This document shows, piece after piece, positions 49,898-64,000 of a DNA stretch of 64,000 nucleotides (its first letter is position 1; each line of letters opens with the position of its first letter). Both the position numbers and the translations under genes were made by a program. Source of the DNA: Trichoplax adhaerens (taxonomy: Eukaryota > Animalia > Placozoa); the NCBI RefSeq assembly GCF_000150275.1, contig NW_002060973.1:1-64000 (forward strand), in the 5' to 3' direction. The notes beneath the pieces are model-generated. The model had not been told where the DNA came from. It saw only the letters and a list, made by a program, of their open reading frames with translations, and made no database searches.

Positions 49898-52625
49898 TCA
49901 AGTGAACTTAGATGCATTGTTTTGTTGTAAAGACAATCAGAGTCGTTTTTACACATCTTCAACCATTCCTTATCTGCCAAAACGTAAACAACTTTGCGAA
50001 GTTTCTCAATTTCCGTGCAACAACTAAGACCATCCTTTAACAAATATTATATTACATATATTAGAAAAATTGCTCAAATCGCTGAAACGTATTCAACTGA
50101 AACCAGTAACAGGATTAACAGCCTAAGGCTATTACAGCGTAATATTAAGTATACCGATCGATAAATTTTATAAAATTGAAAATTGGCGATTTAAGAACAT
50201 ATGCGTAACTGCGTTAAGAAACGATTTAAAGTCTTTTAAATGATCTAAATTCAGCCACGTATACAGTTACGGTATAAATGAGAATCGCTAGGCACTGCTG
50301 AATAGAGTGAACGACAAAAAACGCTTCGATGAGGTCAAGCTGCAGAATAAATGACACATATGAGAGAGAAAAATTGAAGCTAGAGTATACCTGTTTTTCT
50401 TCATTATTCGCCAATACATCTTTTCTTTTGTCATCTTCAGGTATCGAGTTTACTAGTTTCTCACTATCTTCATTCGGCTCTTTATCAATAGACGGTAAAT
50501 TATCTAAATTTTTGAAAGAAGATGCAGAGATTAAATATCAATGTCAACAAAAATTGGGAAGCAGCTTGTGAAATAATATAATTATCACTACAAATTTACC
50601 GACTTCTACCTGAAACTGATCGAAGTACGGTTGATTCCACATCTAAAATAAATCCGGCTTCAACAAATATATCATTTCTCCACTTTTCCCTCCCCTGACA
50701 GCATAAGGGTGAATTTATCAACGTACGCTCGTATGAGCTATGCAAATCCTAGACATGACATGTTACCTTTTCTGTCACCTCTGCACTCAGTACTTGAACA
50801 TCTAATCGGTCCAGCCTACTTTGCAAAGAATGACTGAGGTACGGATAGACTAACATCGCGTCATTGTAGCAAATTAAAGGAGTTTCAAAGATAACAGCAT
50901 AGCAACAGGTTTCAGGCTCATTAACCGAAACAAGTTTATTTATTTCGCCACATTTTATGTATACCTTCATCATTATAGAACGTATCAATGAATGCAAAGA
51001 GTTTGTTGACATCTAACTGGAAACAACGTTGATATAAATAACTAGTATGTATTTACTACCTTTGAAAATCGATGATGCTCTCCACAGTCGTCGCCTTCAT
51101 CCATAATCATTGAAACGAATGTATCATTGACGATTTCCCATTGCTTCCATACTCTTTAACATGATGATAGTCTTGATAAATAACGCAATTATTATTTGAC
51201 TAAAAATACTGGAATTGATTGACTACGGTTCAAGTACCCTAAAATTCCCTGATATCCGTTCCAAACTGTGATTTCGTGCTGCGTAATATTATTGAATGGA
51301 CAGAATTTATATTTGTATCTAAAAAATTAAAAGTTAAGATATACTCAATTACTGAAGATCATGTATCATCATTACATAATTGCTTTGGCTAATTTTAGCA
51401 GGCTGTTCGTGAATAGTTACCGTAATGGATATTTTATGACGTTAAGCTACTAGTAAGTAAATAGATTTTCACCTTGTTTCTTCCAATTCAAAACAATCAT
51501 TGCTTAATTCTAACAGAGGTGTGGGACCTGCAATTCATATCATTAGATCATGCAGCTTGTAATCTTGCAATGACAGATTTTATAATCAACAGGTACTTCT
51601 ACTACACCTGAAGGCTTGCAAGGCTTAACTCTGGATTTTAGCTGAAAGAAAAAGCAAATGGTTATTAAATAACAATTGTTCTCATTTTACGGCTAGAGTC
51701 AATTTTCACTCTTTGGATGATTTTACAGTCTGCACGAACTACAATTCCGTTCAGTAGAATCTATGCAGAAGGTGGTGTAAATAAATCGTCTATGGTACAA
51801 GTGCTAACTTTGAGCTTATCCAATACGTCTATATTAAGAAACAAGCACCACTGCTATTCCCGTTTTACCTAAACCTAAATCGAGTTAAAAGGAACTCACA
51901 CATACATCATTGCTACTTCTCCTTAATATTACGAAGATGGAGGTCAAGGTGTTTTATTATTAATAAAGCACAATCCATAAGAAAGAGTCCCATATAGGAT
52001 AGCGCGACAGGTATGGATATAGATAAGAATGATAAAAGATATGATGTAAGGTACTTAATTAAAGTACTGTATGCTATTAAGAGAGATAGAGTGAATCAAT
52101 TAATTATAATTATAGGTCAAATATCGATACGGTGCCACCATATGATCAAATCAAGCAGTATATTTTTACAGTTTACTTACTGAAGATTGCTGAGTTGAGA
52201 AAAGTATGACCGTACAGGTTCCTCAACTATTTTAATCTTGCTGCTACTATCACTTGCAATACCTATTCAGTTTACAAATAGGTCATTAAGAAGCCTTCAT
52301 TCTACAATTCCAGTTTTAAAATTTTAATTACCAATACATTCAAGGCGAGTTTTAATTGTATTGAATGAGGCATAAATCAAATATCAATTGTACTAGCTGT
52401 GCATTAAAGTAGGATCACTACAATCGATGCATCGCCATTGCGTGCTGCTACCTTCAAACTGAGCACAACATATAAATAACTTTTGGTCATCCAATATGAT
52501 CGGAAAGATAGTGCTGACTACAAGAAATGATTGCTGATTAATTTACCATGATTTCCAACTAGAAATAATATTGCGAACAAGGTATAACGACAGCAAGCAG
52601 CACTACTGGCAGGAAACTTCATCAT
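49898..52625 (-). CDS. GNPTG: GlcNAc-1-phosphotransferase gamma subunit (MRH domain); 3' exons less certain
   Basis: Signal-peptide exon [27 protein letters not shown] (52625-52547), then [58 protein letters not shown] and [34 protein letters not shown], matching GNPTG family motifs. Confidence 0.88.
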
Positions 52626-53093
52626 CGACTTTAGTCAAAAGGATGCAGGGCCAGCTGCTGCCAAGCCGTTTCTTGTACTGTACTGTACAGTTCTTTATAT
52701 TTTATGGAGTAGATGTACTGTACTGTACTATTTTAGATTAGTGACTGGTACTGTACTGTACTGCACAGTACAGTACATATTATAGCATTATACTGTACTG
52801 TACACTGTATACTGTTCGAGCATAAAGTACTGTACTGTACGCAGTTTCGCTTAGCTTTGCATATCATTCTTGATGGAGGATAGGAATTCATAGGATGGAA
52901 GCGAGCTAAACATAGACTAAAATATGGGCTAGTAGTCCATAATTAAAATCGATTACAAATCTATTCTTGCCAGTAGTAGTTCAAGAACATTATAGCTTTT
53001 GCTAAATAAACGCCTGAGACACAACAATTACAGGAGTGATTACTACTCTTAACCAATTGTTTATTGTATTGATCATTTCTTCTGGTGGTGGAA
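52626..53093. promoter_or_regulatory. Bidirectional (head-to-head) promoter region of GNPTG and ERCC1 containing an ACAGT array (52674-52840)
   Basis: Divergent ATGs about 470 bp apart. Confidence 0.7.
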
Positions 53094-56000
53094 ATGGCGG
53101 AAGATGAGAGCAAAGACCACGAAAAACAAACCAATATTGCAAAGGTAGAGTGTAACTTGCTTCCTACGATATTGACATTCCAATTTATGTCTGTAGATTG
53201 ATGAAAGATTGATTTCTGTACCGTGAACACTGGATGAGGTGATCCAGAAAAATTAATCGAGCTTGCAGTATGCTGACTATAAGGTTGCACTGTATTTGTT
53301 GTCTATCTATTTACTGAACGCGTCTATCGGATAAAGTAGAGTTTACTACGTATAAAGAGTGCCAGCGTTCGCTACAGCTATGACGTAGAATAGATAACTT
53401 AAAATAGAATTGCGAGCATACCCTATGCAGTACATCAGCAAATAATTTATCCGTTTCAAGGTGATAATGTCCTGCTACCTTGGTCTAGATTCCTTCTCCA
53501 GACGTCTACGTACAGTATTACTTTACCACAAGCTTGGTTACATTAAAAACTGGTCAATTTGTATCTAAATTTAAATGAATCAGCGCATCGTGTCGAATTG
53601 ATTATTCGTACTAAAATGGATATGAATTACACTGCAGGTGTCATCGTTCAAGCAAGCCTTCTCTTTTATCAAGGACAGTTCGCACTATCAAGAAATAGAA
53701 GCCAGCAGCTCATCGTCGAATATAAGGTTACCAGTATTCATTTCCAAAAATATTGATGTCAGATACTGTAGCTATAAATATTTATACAATATAATGACAG
53801 TCATTGACAATGAACTGACTAATAGTGCTCATGAAGTGAAATAAGTAACACATTGCTAACATTAGATGATGTCTTGCTTGTCAAATACAGTCTTCCTCGA
53901 CAACCTTTAAACACTAACTGTATCACCGTCAATCCTAAACAGGTATCGTAGTAATTAACTTATCTAACAAACTACGCGTATTACGCAAAACTATATTGGA
54001 TTTTAATTATCGTTATCGAATATTGATTGATTGGCTTAGTATACCTACTGTAATAATATAAGTAGCGTTTTTATGTGCAGGGTAACTTTATGATTGTTCA
54101 CCTTATTGTACATTGGTTGTTCCTTGTAGCGTATACGGTTTATTCTATAGAACTGAATATCGTGTTGGTAATTCACCTTCGCTCTAGAATCATCTACGCT
54201 TTGAAAATTAATACCAATTGTCTATAGTTAGTCTTGTTTAATTTTAGCATTAGGCTATACGCGTATATTTCAATTTGATATAAAATTTTCGGTAACATGA
54301 TAAGCTCTTTAGTATGTTATAAAAACTAATTTCCTCTATCATAAATACATTATAGAAAGGTACAATGTGTCCTCAGTCTATAAAATGTACTGCTGCGATA
54401 ATTGATTAGTATTAACGAAATTACTAATGTTATGCTATAGCGCGGCAACCCTATTATTCAATATATCACTAGCGTCCCTTTGGAATATGGAGATATAGTT
54501 CCAGATTATGTCTTAGGCAAAACGACATGTGCTTTATATCTTAGGTATTTTTGTTAAATAATTAATACGCCTTCATTGTAATATATTCATACAGTAATTT
54601 ATGTCATTCAGTTTCGGAATTAACTCAAAGGTTTGTTAAAGTTTAAGGTATCACAATTTACATCCGAATTACATTCATGAACGGTTAAAGAAGCTTGGTT
54701 ATGCCTTTGAAATGCGGATTCTTTTGGTGCAAGTCGACCTGGTAACTAGACAGGAACAGTCTATAGAGAGAGAAATTTCTGAGTTTTCTACTATACTTAG
54801 TTTCTGAGAGTATCCTACAGTTTTACCAATGACAGACTGCCATTATTTAACTCACTAGTTTCTTGATTTTAATTATAGAAAGATTGTCAGCAGGCATTAA
54901 ATGAATTAGCAAGAATAGCAGTTATGGCCGACTGCACATTAATTTTAGCTTGGAGGTATGTCACGTTTGCGACACAATTAAGACTATTTTTGACTTTCAA
55001 ATTTGTAAATATTTATCATTTCTAAAATTGGACCCTTAAAGACATGTCTGTCAATTATTTTCTATCTAAACACCGGATCGATTGTTTATTCCTCGAATAA
55101 ATATAACTAACTATAGGTTTTCATGTAATACGCTCTGGGCAATTTGAGATAACTTCATGAGATATTGCATATCTATGTATATGTGCTCTGACTGTAATTA
55201 CTTGCACGCTGATTGTTTGAAAGCAAGTATGAATACTTTGAGAGGCATGTCTTAGTATTGCTTATGATAAGCAGTTGAAAACAGTTGCGATTTTTAATCT
55301 TATACATGTGCAGTATGATGATGCATTCAAGTCGTTTAGAATAACTGTAAAGTGAATAGATTTTTATGTGTATTACTAGCATGCTATGTGGCTATTATGC
55401 CGCTCTAGTATATACTTACGAGATTAGGGAGAACGTGACTGAATATTAGATCAAACTTTAGAGTACCTAGTAGAATTCTTATTGATATTCTTAATCTGTT
55501 CAAGAATTTTGATTGAGAAATTGAACGTAATGCGATTTCATAATTTATTCGCATGTAATTGTATTGTAGTAGTGAAGAAGCAGGTCGATATTTAGAAACA
55601 TATAAAGCCTACGAAAATAAGCCTCCTGATTTATTGAAAGAAAAAGTGGACAAGGATTACCTTTCTAAGGTTCAACTACCTCTTATATCATGCGCATAAT
55701 TTGTTCAATGAACTAGATCAATATTTCGCAACCTGCAAATTACCTTCTAGGCCATTCCATTAATTTTTACCTTAATAGTTAACAGATTGCTTAACCACAA
55801 TTAAATCAGTCAATCGTGGTGATGTCATTACTTTACAATCGACGTTTGGGGTAATAAAATCTTTCCTGATTGTAAAGACAGTAAATTCATAACGTTGAGT
55901 AATTGTAGGTGTCTACGTTATTTAGAGTATGGATAATATTATATCGGCGTCCGTCCAAGATTTGGCTTTATGTCCCGGGATCGGATTACAAAAGGTATGC

Positions 56001-56239
56001 AATATGATTGTTGTCTCAGCATATCATTTTAGTAATGAAGTAAGAATTTACGAGTAGAGTGAATAGATCTCACCACCCAGTTAATAAAAGTTTCGAAAAC
56101 GTTTTCTTTGACACAATTTGTGCTAATTTTCGACATTTTTCATTTAAAGGCGAAGAGAATTCATGCACTTTTTCGAGAACCATTTTTAACAAAACATAAG
56201 AAAATCAAATCGGAGAATTACAATACTGGAGACAGCTAA
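53094..56239 (+). CDS. ERCC1: DNA excision repair protein ERCC1; start exon inferred
   Basis: ITVNPKQ|[60 protein letters not shown] and Hh[16 protein letters not shown]. Putative first exons [17 protein letters not shown]|[12 protein letters not shown] join in frame. Confidence 0.92.
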
Positions 56240-57977
56240 TCCTTCAGCGCTTCTATTGACAATAATTGAATTAATCCTCAGCTCGATTAATCAAAAGCAA
56301 GATATTTAATTTCTCCCATTTACGCAAAATGCAAGCGCTATTTTGCCTACAAAGTGCAATTAAAGAAATCGTTTCATATTTGCAGTTCTGTAGATGCACA
56401 CGCTGCTCTCCATCAACTGTAATCTCTGTTGCGTAAGATGAAATACAGTTTTTAGACAACATTTTTTTACTTGTGGCATCAGTTGTAGCTTTAACATGCG
56501 AACTATTTACGTACATTAGCGGTAGTTCTGATATTGGACAGTTTTTATAGTATGATTAATCGTATTGTTGTATATTTTCTGCACTAGTTAATGATGGTTA
56601 GAGTAGATATACAAAGTATCAAAAACTACAGTCTGTGGTAAATGTAATTACCCGCCAGCATTGGTAATTTTGTATTTTGTTCCGTATATCTGACATCACA
56701 GAATAGGACTTTGTGTTAGATGTCGCCTACGCTTTAGCCTACCTAATATAAAATCAATCTCAACATTGTTAACTGGTTATATTTATGCACAACGTGGAAA
56801 CTGACCATAATGTTTTAGTACCATATCAAAGTCAATCGATGTAGCGTCGTAAACCTTCGCAAAGTGTTCTACCGACCATTTACGAAAAATTGAAACATCA
56901 CGATTCTGCTACGCAATCATTTACATTAATATTAAAAGTGTGGTGATTATCATTTTCTTAGATTTGAGCTATTATTACTTTATCTGGAGTACGACGATCA
57001 ATTTGTTCATGTGAGTCTTTTATATCCATTTGTACATAATTCATACTGATTGCGATATGATAATGGCTGATAGTAAAGCAAGTACAGGAAGCTTTTCTGT
57101 CATGTCTGATCTAGAATTAATTAGAAGTAATAAATTCGGAATGACAAATATGAAAAATACCGCGATGGACGTTGTTCTTAATGTGAGAATAAACATACTA
57201 ATTAGATTATTTTTATTCCGTCATCGCCATCCTATATTTATTTAAATGCATCTTTAATCAGCATGCGTGGGTTGAATATTTGAATAATATAAATTTACAA
57301 GTTGATTTTTTGGCTACCTGCTGATTTCTATTTATTAAAACATTTCTCCATCGGACAAATTTCTCATAGCATTAACTTTGTTTCCTATGCAATCCTGTAA
57401 ATTTTTCCCGTCAAGTTCTTTCTTAAAAAATTTATTGCATACCGTAACACAAAATAACTTCAAGTGGGTGCTTTGCTTCAACTTTTCCCTCGCTCACTTA
57501 CAATATCGAAGAAATTGATCAGATCTCTAGAAGCGATTGATTTAATTACGATCTTTCTCTACTGCTATTGCTTCATTACCAAACATCTACTTTGATAGAA
57601 AAAGTTCGCAAGGATAATTAACTTCCCTTGCAAGAAATCGGAAAACGTAAGTTTTGGGTTTTTTTAATCGAGCAAAATTCATTAGTTCTATCGAAATTAT
57701 TGCATAGATTAACTTTGTCTCTTCATATTTTCATCACATGATTTGCATGATCGAATAAAGATAAAATTTTTCTAATTTTTTTCACTTTTTGTTCGAAAGT
57801 TCGCTAGAACGATCCTATTCTTACTTTATGATCTGAATGTTTGTTACCGCTTTAGGACTCTTCCATTTTATATCTTAAACAATTTTCAAAAGTTACTAAC
57901 CAAGAAAGAAAAATATTGCAATTCGGCAGTAATATTTTCCGGTATAAAATCAGTTAGTCCAATTAGTGGCATTAAAC

Positions 57978-60900
57978 ATGAGGAATAAATTGTTTTTAAT
58001 CAAGATTTGGCTTTTTATCTTGGCAATATTATTGATTGATTTAATTCACTGTCAAAGCAGTTCACAAAAATCGCCGACAATTATTTTTCCAATGTTAAAT
58101 TATGTTGGTAATAATGCCATTGATACAAACGCTTCTTTGGAATTTGTTGTTCCGTGTTCAGTCATGTTTGGAGATCAGCGGCGTTGGCTTCACAATGGCG
58201 TGATTGTACAGTATAACGATCGAATCAAGATCAAAAATTATGCATTAAGTATTGAGCCGTTCCAATTACAAGATTCAGGCACTTATCGGTGTCAAGCATC
58301 AAATCGTTATGGAACTGCAATAAGTCGTTACGCGAAGATAGAAGCAGCTAAAGTACCTGTTATTGATAGTGCAGGAGTATCTTATCAGCTTCAACCAGGT
58401 ATAGCTGCTAACTTAAATTGCCAATTGCCATCAAGTCAATCACCAATGCCGAGCCTGATTTATTGGAAACAACGATCAACAAATAAAATAATCGTAGAAG
58501 ATGAACGAATCACTGTATCCGCGGTCAATGGAAATTTATATTTTGCTAACACACAAGTATCGGATTCTAATGAGTACCAATGTCATGTCGTTTTTACATT
58601 GCGCCATCCCTATCGTCAGCGGGATAATCGTAATATCAGTTTAAATGGAAATTGGCAGACTGTACGTATTAGTGGAGCACCATTTACACAAACACATCCA
58701 TTCGCAGAAATTCTTGCTTCTGCAACACATGTAGTAGAAGGAGATTACATTGTCCTCGAGTGTATAGTAGGCGGTTATCCGATTCCCGATGTGGCATGGT
58801 ATAAAGATGGTCGCACTCTAGAACCTAGTAATAGTGTGGCCTATCAATTATCAGCTCGATCTCGACGCCTTCGCATTACCGAAGCCAAATCTACCGACAG
58901 TGGCATTTACACTTGCATAACTAAAAATCGCCATTCTACTACCAATACGTCTGTAACTTTGCACATCTATACGGAACCACTATGGATCAGCCCTCCAGAA
59001 GATACTTACATTTTAGAAAAGAAACGCTTCGATTGGCCTTGCCTAGCATCCGGTATCGACATTACTTACAAGTGGTTTATCAATGGGAAACCGATAACTA
59101 ATTCATCGAGATATCAAAGTTGGCCAAATGGTACCTTAACAATCCACGATGTCAAAGTAAGCGACACAGCAATCTATACTTGTAATGCTGAGACACTATT
59201 TGAAAATATCGCCCAATCTGCTTACCTTAATGTCAGTATACGAGCTCCTGTTATTCAATATTTCCCTCACAGTATTATTCATCTTAATGCTGGAGATAGA
59301 GCTAGAATTTATTGTAATGCAACTGGTGGTCCAACACCTGTCATCAGCTTTCTTAAAGATGGTAAACCATTGCAAGATCAGGCCACCGATCGAATAGAAT
59401 TAATCCAAGGTATTGGATTAATTATACAGAATATTTCATTAGCAGACGCTGGTCAATATGGATGTGTAGCTAAAAATCGGTTGGGTACTACTGAACGGTA
59501 TGTAACTATAATTGTTTATCAGCAGACGGAGGTTAAAATCCAACCTGTCAATATCATCAATAAGAAAAATACCAATTTAACCCTGTCATGTTCTATCTAT
59601 AAAGATAGTCGATTAAGAATCAATGTTACATGGTTGACAGCTATGGAGAATCACGTTACCAAGTATACCATTGCTACTTATCAAGAAAGTAAAAATCTAT
59701 ATATTAGCACGTTATCGCTATATCAAGTCCAAGTTCATGATAGCGGTACTTATACTTGCATAGTAGAAACGTTTGTACCCACTAAAGGTATCATTGAAAG
59801 TACGGCTCGAAGCGAAATTACCATCAAGAAGCAAGATGTTCCTGATCCACCTTATAATGTCCATTGCTATAGTCTTAATACATCTGCAATTCGACTAGAA
59901 TGGACAGCTGGTGATAGCAATTTAGCAGCGATTAAAGAATTTAACTTAGCCGTTGTTATGACAACTATTTCTTCATTGCCTAGATCTATAATGACTGCCA
60001 ATGTTTCCGCATCCATTAATTCTATTGATGTGCCGGTTCAACCCTATAACACCTATCTACTTTTCGTTGCAGCAACAAATTTATATGGCATTGGTCTTAC
60101 AACTCGTACCGAATGTAACGCAACAATATATGATATTCCTCATCTTGTACCATCCTATTTGCGCGCTCGAGCAAGTTCATATACAGCTGATGTAATTTAT
60201 ACAAGCTGGATTCCAATACCCCGTATTTATTATAACGCCCCTGGCTTTGGTTATAAAATCGTTGTCAATAGGGTAACGCCGAATGGTTTACAACGTGTGA
60301 AAAGATCTGCAACAGCAACGGTTCGATACGGCAATGTATCAAGTGAGATTATTGAAGGGCTACTACCAAATATGATCTATGAAGTTAAAGTTATTTCCTT
60401 CAATGATATGGGCGATAGTGATGTCGATGGAGAGACCCTATTGGTGAGAACTGGAGAATCTCCGCCAACCTTTGTTCCATCAAATCTGTATATCTACCCT
60501 ATTGCGCCAACAAGAGCTTGGCTTGCTTGGCATACTAATAAAAGTATGCAACGATATAATATTCAAGGTTATAAGGTGAGAGTTTGAATTCAGTTTAAGC
60601 TTCCGGTATTTTAATTCCTTATAGGATACCTGATATTTCTCGTAGAACAATTCTACGTCTAGTGACATTATGTATAGTATGGATTTATGATAAATTTAAA
60701 ATTGAACAAATATATTACTTGTATGTCTTAAATATTCTAAGATCGCCCTTATAACCGTAATATTTTGATTTTTTGGTATATGGCGTTTAAGTTGCGTACT
60801 AACGCTTTTTAATTTTTGAAGAACGCTAACGATTTTGCTTTATTTGCGGTTATTAGGTTGCATATTGGATTGAAAGTGATATTCAGACCACTTCAACTAT

Positions 60901-62169
60901 TAATGCGGCCAATAATGCCACCGAAATCATTATTGAAGATTTACGGCCTTATCGAAATTATACCTTTCAAATCACTAGTATTGGAAATGGTGGTGTTAGT
61001 ACACTGAGTTTAACTCGAACTCGAGCAATGACATCATTAGTTCCAGGTAAACATGATCATTATGTTCTCGAGTTACTTTGACTTCGAATTGCGTCATTTA
61101 GTAAAAGTTCATTAATACACTGAATACAAGCTGCATTTATCTAGACATTAATTTAACGTATACATCGAACCTAATTTCTACTTTCTTAAGTCTATTGTTA
61201 CTCATTGACATCAATAAGAAAATCTTCCAAATTTATTGTATTGTAGGTCCAGTTCGGAGTTTTGAAATTATACGTAATCGACTTGGAACGATCGAAATAG
61301 CTTGGTCATCGCCTATGAACACCAATGGGCCAGTATTAAATTATCGTATACAGTGCACTGATGCTGTCTATACTGATATACCTCCAAGAATTGTTGTTAC
61401 GTCAAATAATGGTACTTACTTGAGTTTGCCGTTCCAATTCAGTTATGGTTACTATATTTTTAGTATTATGGCCAAAAATGCTATTGGCTACGGAGTTCCT
61501 ATCACAACTGAAAAGCGAGTTATTGCCTATGGTCCTCTACCTCCGCAAAATTTAACAGCATTACACGTTAGCAATGTTAGCACCACTCTAGCTTGGACTA
61601 TCGATTCTGTTCGCTATGTTGATGGTTTTGTATTAGAAATGAAACGCACTCAAGATGCTGCTTATCAATACTTTGATACGAAAATTGGTGTGGCTCAAAG
61701 ACAAATAACTATTAATGATTTAACTCCAGGAACAGTTTATCAATTTATTATGCGTTCAAAACATGAGGAACTAATCGGTGATCTCCATACTGGCGAATTA
61801 AGTATACAAACTAAATCGGATAAAGACAATATTCGAGATACTAATGATTCCACCTTACAAATTATTCTAATTGCATCGAGCATTGGTCTATTTTGTATTA
61901 TCATTACAATTGTTATAATTGTGATTGTTAGGCAGCGAAAAAAGCGCAATCAAGACAATCATAGCAATTTTGGCTATGTTGTAACAATCAAAGGCAAAAG
62001 CCGTCGTAATTCCATAGATACTATACGTCCTCCCGCACCAATAACAAGTAATGAAGGCGTTATTTTATCACGTTTGGATCCTAGCAGACCAACATCGACA
62101 CTACAAATGCCGGCATTTTATCCTCATCTACAAGATAGTGAATCAGACTTACATCATGGCGAAGAATAA
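57978..62169 (+). CDS. L1/neuroglian-like Ig superfamily adhesion molecule (signal peptide, 6 Ig, 5 FN3, TM, short tail); exons 57978-60575, 60857-61046, 61247-62169
   Basis: Six Ig Cys pairs with D.G.Y.C-type motifs, five FN3 repeats (e.g. PDPPYNV..IRLEW, GLLPNMIYEVKV, DLTPGTVYQF) and TM IILIASSIGLFCIIITIVIIVIV followed by RQRKKR. Confidence 0.88.
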
Positions 62170-64000
62170 ATTACTCTAATTATTTGCTGTACTTTTATGT
62201 CTTAACTTACTTTTGACTATCTATGTTATGATGCATGAGCGTTTAAACTCTTATTATTGTAATCATCTTCATATATAAAAATGATACAGTACATTCTAAG
62301 TTAAATTGTAACCTATAATTTAAATTATACTATTCATATTCAAAATCGATATAGTCAGCAGCATGTTGATATATGGAATTAATACACTGTGTACATTGTA
62401 CACTATACTTAGAATCGATCTCATTTGATACTTCTACATCCGTATATCCTAAATTATCTTACTAATTATAATAATTACTTAGTTGATTACCAGGCGGTAG
62501 GCTTTCAGGTAGTGAGTAACAAGTATATGAAATGATTACCGGTATTTATTAGCGAGAGCTTATGAAAGATTATTCCATACTTGTTGCTTAGCCTTTAGAA
62601 CATTGATTTATTATGAATACCGTTGCAGCAGTTGAAATGATGATGGCCAGCCATCATTTCTATAATTAAATTTACTGCTACAACTGCTTCCGTTAATCCT
62701 TCAAGTGTAAAACTTGATTTCTGCACCAGGACATAAAGTACAATATATCGTACTGCTTAACTATCATACAGCATCTTTTATTCTAGTGATATACTAATGT
62801 AATGTTATTTCGCAATTATCATAAACTAACACTATCATAACAGCCACATAGTTCTGGTGCTTATGATTCTGTATGGGCTATATCTAAATTGATCTAATAA
62901 TGATCATTTTCGAGTTTCGTTACAGTTGCCCAAACGATACACTTTTAATCAGTAGTCAATCGTATGATAATTTATGGCGTACTGTTTTTCAGCATTAACA
63001 TGTATAAATCTTCATTTGAACACCTGCGTCATTAGTATCAGTCAGTTAAGATTGCTATTATGCTATTTTATAGACCATGTAATTGGCAATTTTCTTTTTC
63101 TTTTTTAATTTATCAAATTAGCTGGATATCATAACACGTAATTCTTTAATATTAGATATTGCCAGATGCAAAGTAGATGAGCAAAGGCAGATTTTTTCAA
63201 ATTTATATTTGAAGTGTGTAGTAATTAATCATATCATAGGGCAATAATCTTATAACTGCAAGGCTATATCACTTGTTGTGACTTATAGACTCTGTAGCAA
63301 ATGCAAACAGATCAAGAAATCACGACGTGGGAGTATTGTATAACTTGCAATATTTCTCAGGTATAATCTCGACATATACCTTAACCTATAGTAATAAATA
63401 AAATTGAATGATGAACTGGAAATTAGGTCGTACCGCGAAAATTCTCGATTTAATGTAATGGATTTTAATTTCGCAAAGTACCAGTACAAGATCATCTTGT
63501 ATGTGGTAATATAATTAGTTTGGCAAAGAATTAGCAATTTATACAAGTTAAAATTAACTTGAGAAACTAGCGGCAATTTGCAATTGGCCGTAACGAATTT
63601 TTGTGTCCTAGGTATATGATGATATTATACAGCATCAATAATCAGAAATTCTGCAAGTTAATTAGTGCAAACTTCTTTAGTTAGCCCAAGGTATCTAGTC
63701 GCATTTATCGTTATAGGCGAGCATGCGGTACCGTACTTTATCACAGCCTTGCATTATTTATGCCAGATACGCATATTTTAGGAAGCAATTGATGGCGGTA
63801 ATTAAATATTTATTTTTTATTAAAAATTAATTCTATTGTATGTAAAAATACAGCTTTAATATTACATGTGATATATATGAGCTGTGCGCGTACGTATATG
63901 GGTAGAGGGAAAACATTTTTTAGAATTATTTTTATACATTATTATTTCGTGATATTTACACAATACTCGGCAATTTATTTATCTTTGCTTATGTGAAAAT

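Noticed and set aside
52961-53290. 109-aa minus-strand ORF present in two copies (also 32350-32679)
   Set aside because: Non-ATG start, antisense to ERCC1 exon 1, and repeated only because the segment is duplicated.
57978-62169. Contactin call
   Set aside because: Contactins have 4 FN3 repeats and a GPI anchor; this protein has 5 FN3, a TM helix and a cytoplasmic tail.

Overview
This window is the end of an AT-rich animal chromosome. It starts in (CCCTAA)n telomeric repeats, has short GT-AG introns and contains three 50-N gaps. Compact genes, vertebrate-like intron positions and abundant ACAGT/ACTGT pentamer arrays suggest a placozoan such as Trichoplax (inference, not proven). Gene order from the telomere: cytochrome b5 (+), two stearoyl-CoA (delta-9-type) desaturase paralogs (+), a carnitine acyltransferase (+), triosephosphate isomerase (+), intronless epsin (-), ABCC1/MRP1-like transporter (+), GNPTG (-), ERCC1 (+) and an L1/neuroglian-like 6Ig-5FN3 adhesion molecule (+). 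Main observations: (1) fold-back ACAGT arrays mark the 5' ends of the housekeeping genes but not the lipid or adhesion genes, and one has telomeric repeats in its hairpin loop; (2) a telomere-adjacent lipid desaturation cluster; (3) an orphan diverged copy of the desaturase-2 upstream region that runs into a gap; (4) a two-copy non-autonomous Helitron-like element and a decayed Gypsy relic; (5) a gap-flanked near-identical copy of the GNPTG/ERCC1 bidirectional promoter, probably an uncollapsed haplotype. Exon boundaries were read by eye and may be off by a few bases.
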